A program made the translations under genes and the position numbers. Positions 61,196 through 64,000 of a stretch of DNA of 64,000 bases are shown here, in pieces. The notes under the pieces were generated by a model. The model was not told the DNA's origin. It was given only the letters and a program-made list of their open reading frames with translations, and did no database searches. Source of the stretch: Octopus sinensis (taxonomy: Eukaryota); assembly GCF_006345805.1 (NCBI RefSeq), contig NC_043007.1:12834001-12898000 (forward strand), given 5' to 3'. Numbering within the stretch: the stretch's first letter is position 1; every line of letters starts with the position of its first letter.

Positions 61196-61915
61196 CACAC
61201 ATACTCACACACACACACGCACAATCACACAGAAACATTCGGTATTGTTGTTTATGTTTTGATTTGTGTTTTTATTTGTGATTTGAATTATGATGTTTGA
61301 AAAAGAGACTCTGTGACATAAACTGTAAAAAAAAGAAAAGGAAAAATAGAACTTGTAATCTGTTGAAAAGGAAACTAAGAACTTCTTGTGTTTCTAAAAG
61401 AAAAAGGAATCTTTGAGAACGAACTCTCTGTGTAAGAAAAGAAAGAAGAGAAAAGAAAAGAGAAAGACTTTGTTGTGATTCTGAATTGTGTTGCACGTCA
61501 ACCAATTGATCTGTTTAGAAAAGTCGATTTGTGTATTACGTTTGATTGATTTTGTAAAGTTATAAATTGTTAAATATCTGTTAACCTTGTTTTTTAAATG
61601 TATTTGAAATGTTTCAATTGATGTTGTAAAATTATATAAATTGTTGTTAAATGTAAGCAACTGCCTTCCGCTGTCTCTCTCCGTTGTTGTTGTTGTTGTA
61701 TGCGGTCACTGGCTTGCGTTCGCTGTCCACTCTCGCTTTCTGTGATGGATTTCCGTTTGACTGAGCGTAGTCATCGTCGCCGACTTAGGGTCCTGAGTTG
61801 AGTTGAGCGACGTCGTAACAATATACACATATCTATAGCTATATATCTATATGTATATATATGTATATATATATATATATATATACATATCTATAGCTAT
61901 ATATCTATATGTATA

Positions 61916-62002
<87 letters not shown>

Positions 62003-62003
<1 letters not shown>

Positions 62004-62432
62004 AAATAAATATAAGAGAGTGGTCACTATATGGCTCACTCTAGCACTAGTTAATCCAAAAGGTTTCAACCACAAAAATACATGTTTCCCATGAAAGTCA
62101 GTACGATTGTTGTCGGATGTAATCAATTGAACCACACGTGTATTTATCGTTATGGTAAAATCTGGCGTGTGATTGAGTGGATTTCATCCAGATAGTTTTG
62201 GCTGACGAGCTACAAGTGGATCTTTTTGTAAGTAAAATTACATTTAATTCATTAATAGCGAAACAATTGTCCCAAAATAATCTGTATTTTTGTTATTTTT
62301 TATTTGCCCTGTCCGTGTGAGCTAACAATCGTACTGACTTTCATGGGAAACATGTATTTTTGTGGTTGAAACCTTTTGGATTAACTAGTGCTAGAGTGAG
62401 CCATATAGTGACCACTCTCTTATATTTATTTT
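62003..62432 (+). mobile_element. Fold-back element with perfect 109-bp arms enclosing a hammerhead
   Basis: 62003-62111 is the reverse complement of 62324-62432; left end in (TA)n. Confidence 0.85.
62196..62277 (+). ncRNA. Intact type I hammerhead ribozyme
   Basis: TTTTGG-CTGACGA-GCTA...TAGC-GAAAC AATT GT C-CCAAAA; GUC site after 62271. Confidence 0.85.
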
Positions 62433-62582
62433 GTAAAAATATTATAATATATTATAAAATATTATAATAATCCAGGTTTCTCGGAGCACTAGGCCACTTG
62501 GTGTTGAATAGATATACTATTAAATTAGTATCTAATTCTCTCACCCTTATTAATTAATTATATTATATATATATATATATAT

Positions 62583-62610
<28 letters not shown>

Positions 62611-62614
<4 letters not shown>

Positions 62615-62750
62615 TATTAATACACAAATATGAGAGAGAATCCACTAAGTGGACGCCCTTAATCTAAAGAGAGATCCGCATGCGGATCTCTCTTTAGCGT
62701 AAGGGCGTCCACTTAGTGGATTCTCTCTCATATTTGTGTATTAATAATAT
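62611..62750. repeat. 140-bp near-perfect palindrome
   Basis: Centre GATCCGCATGCGGATC; two mismatches; abuts (TA)n. Confidence 0.92.
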
Positions 62751-62836
62751 TTACTGAATCTCAGTTTTTTATGCGCTAAACCACTGGTGTTAAATTGATG
62801 TTATTAAATTAATATCCAATTTTTTCACCCTCATTT

Positions 62837-62889
<53 letters not shown>

Positions 62890-63402
62890 GAAGTGTTTCA
62901 GATGGAACTGTTCAATGTGTTTGACTGGCAGGTTAGAAAGCAAATTTTCTGGAGATAATACTTAGGAGAAGGAAAAACAAACATATATTTAACTTAGGAA
63001 TTTAAATTAAACCTCCATATGGTATTTTACATTTTCACTCATATCCAGCTTTATCACTTGTAAAAGAGTGTAAGCTTTTTCTGATACCCAGTAATTGTCT
63101 TCGAAATACTCATGAACTGGTGGCGTAGAAAGCAGCTGAAGGGTAGAAGATGATAATTGAAAATCAACGCATGCTTTAAAGCTGTAAACGAACAGCCTTG
63201 GCCTTTGCATATAAGATAAGAATACAAGTAGTTATTAAAAACATGTATCTTATATGCATTGAATAATATACTATATGTATGTTGTTATGGTTGTCGTTTT
63301 GATAAATAAATAAGTCAACATTTTAATATCCTAAAGCTGATAAACCAACTAATGTGCTTCTCCATTTTCTTATTTGCAATATATATATAGATAGATAGAT
63401 AG

Positions 63403-63443
<41 letters not shown>

Positions 63444-63622
63444 TGAGAGGTAATGGTATCAATGAGACCCAAAGGTGTCAGGTAAGTGCTATGGACAGAC
63501 TATAGTTAAGCTCCAGGTTCGGTGATTAAGCGAATGACGAGTTCAACGTAGGTCATATATCAGCATGTGTTTATATAAAAAAAAATTTACAGAATGAGAT
63601 AAAAATCCAAGGCTGTGAAAGA

Positions 63623-63957
63623 TTTCAGAACATTTATAAATAGAAAGTCTTACAGCTGTTTCCGGGATATTCTATATATCCCTTCATCGGAGAGGGTGTG
63701 AGAAGATGGTTAAGCGTTAGTAATTCTAGAGAAGATATGAAATAGAGAGTGAAGTGGAGGAATGAAAATAGACGTGAGATATGCAGGGATATTGTATCTG
63801 TAGTTCCATTATTTAGACAGAATGGTATGTCTATATATTTCATTTCCCCACTTCGTTCTCTATTTCGTATCTTATCTAAAATAACTATTCCTTAGCCATT
63901 TTCTCATACCGTCTCCGGAAACAGCTGTAAGACTTTCTATTTATAAATGTTCTGAAA
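63623..63957 (-). mobile_element. Fold-back element with 43-bp arms and a variant hammerhead
   Basis: 63623-63665 is the reverse complement of 63915-63957. Minus strand 63696-63647 reads TCT-CCGATGA-A-GGGATA..TATCCC-G-GAAAC AGCT GT A-AGA. Confidence 0.7.
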
Positions 63958-64000
63958 AGGGACAACAAAGCAACCAGATAGACGTTACAAAGAAAACAAG

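Noticed and set aside
61240-61819. Possible solo LTR (ends CGTAACA) and the 88-aa ORF 61394-61660
   Set aside because: No matching opposite terminus, TSD or second copy; the ORF is a low-complexity N/F/K-rich frame.

Overview
AT-rich, repeat-dense eukaryotic DNA; the SINE and LINE repertoire suggests an octopod cephalopod (inferred, not database-checked). The window has three zones. (1) 1-19.7 kb: one multi-exon + strand gene that I reconstructed by hand. It has 8 coding exons with GT-AG junctions in consistent phase and encodes 766 aa: an N-terminal ubiquitin/PB1-like segment, a helical 'YP..Y..VA..I...Y..L.D....G..SW...L..KF.N.RR' domain, an NLS, an internal BTB/POZ domain and an AT-hook. 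Its introns are full of SINEs and LINE ends. (2) 28.2-50.6 kb: a ~22 kb composite satellite. About 16 kb is a 14-bp TTGGC-based repeat that flips orientation ten times in a ~3.8-kb higher-order pattern. About 5 kb is an ordered cycle of three micro-repeats whose monomers match TCF/LEF (AGATCAAAG plus GCCG), TEAD (CATTCC, 9-bp period) and Grainyhead/CP2 (AACCGGTT, 10-bp period) consensus sites, and the recurring inversion junction forms a full NFI palindrome (TTGGC-N5-GCCAA). (3) Scattered, densest at 50-64 kb: many fold-back hairpins and about a dozen type I hammerhead-ribozyme motifs. Several are intact, with palindromic stem III. One 4.5-kb fold-back contains a Penelope GIY-YIG C-terminal fragment, which points to a diverse family of Penelope-like or retrozyme-like insertions. 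Almost all ORFs in the supplied track are spurious translations of satellites and microsatellites.
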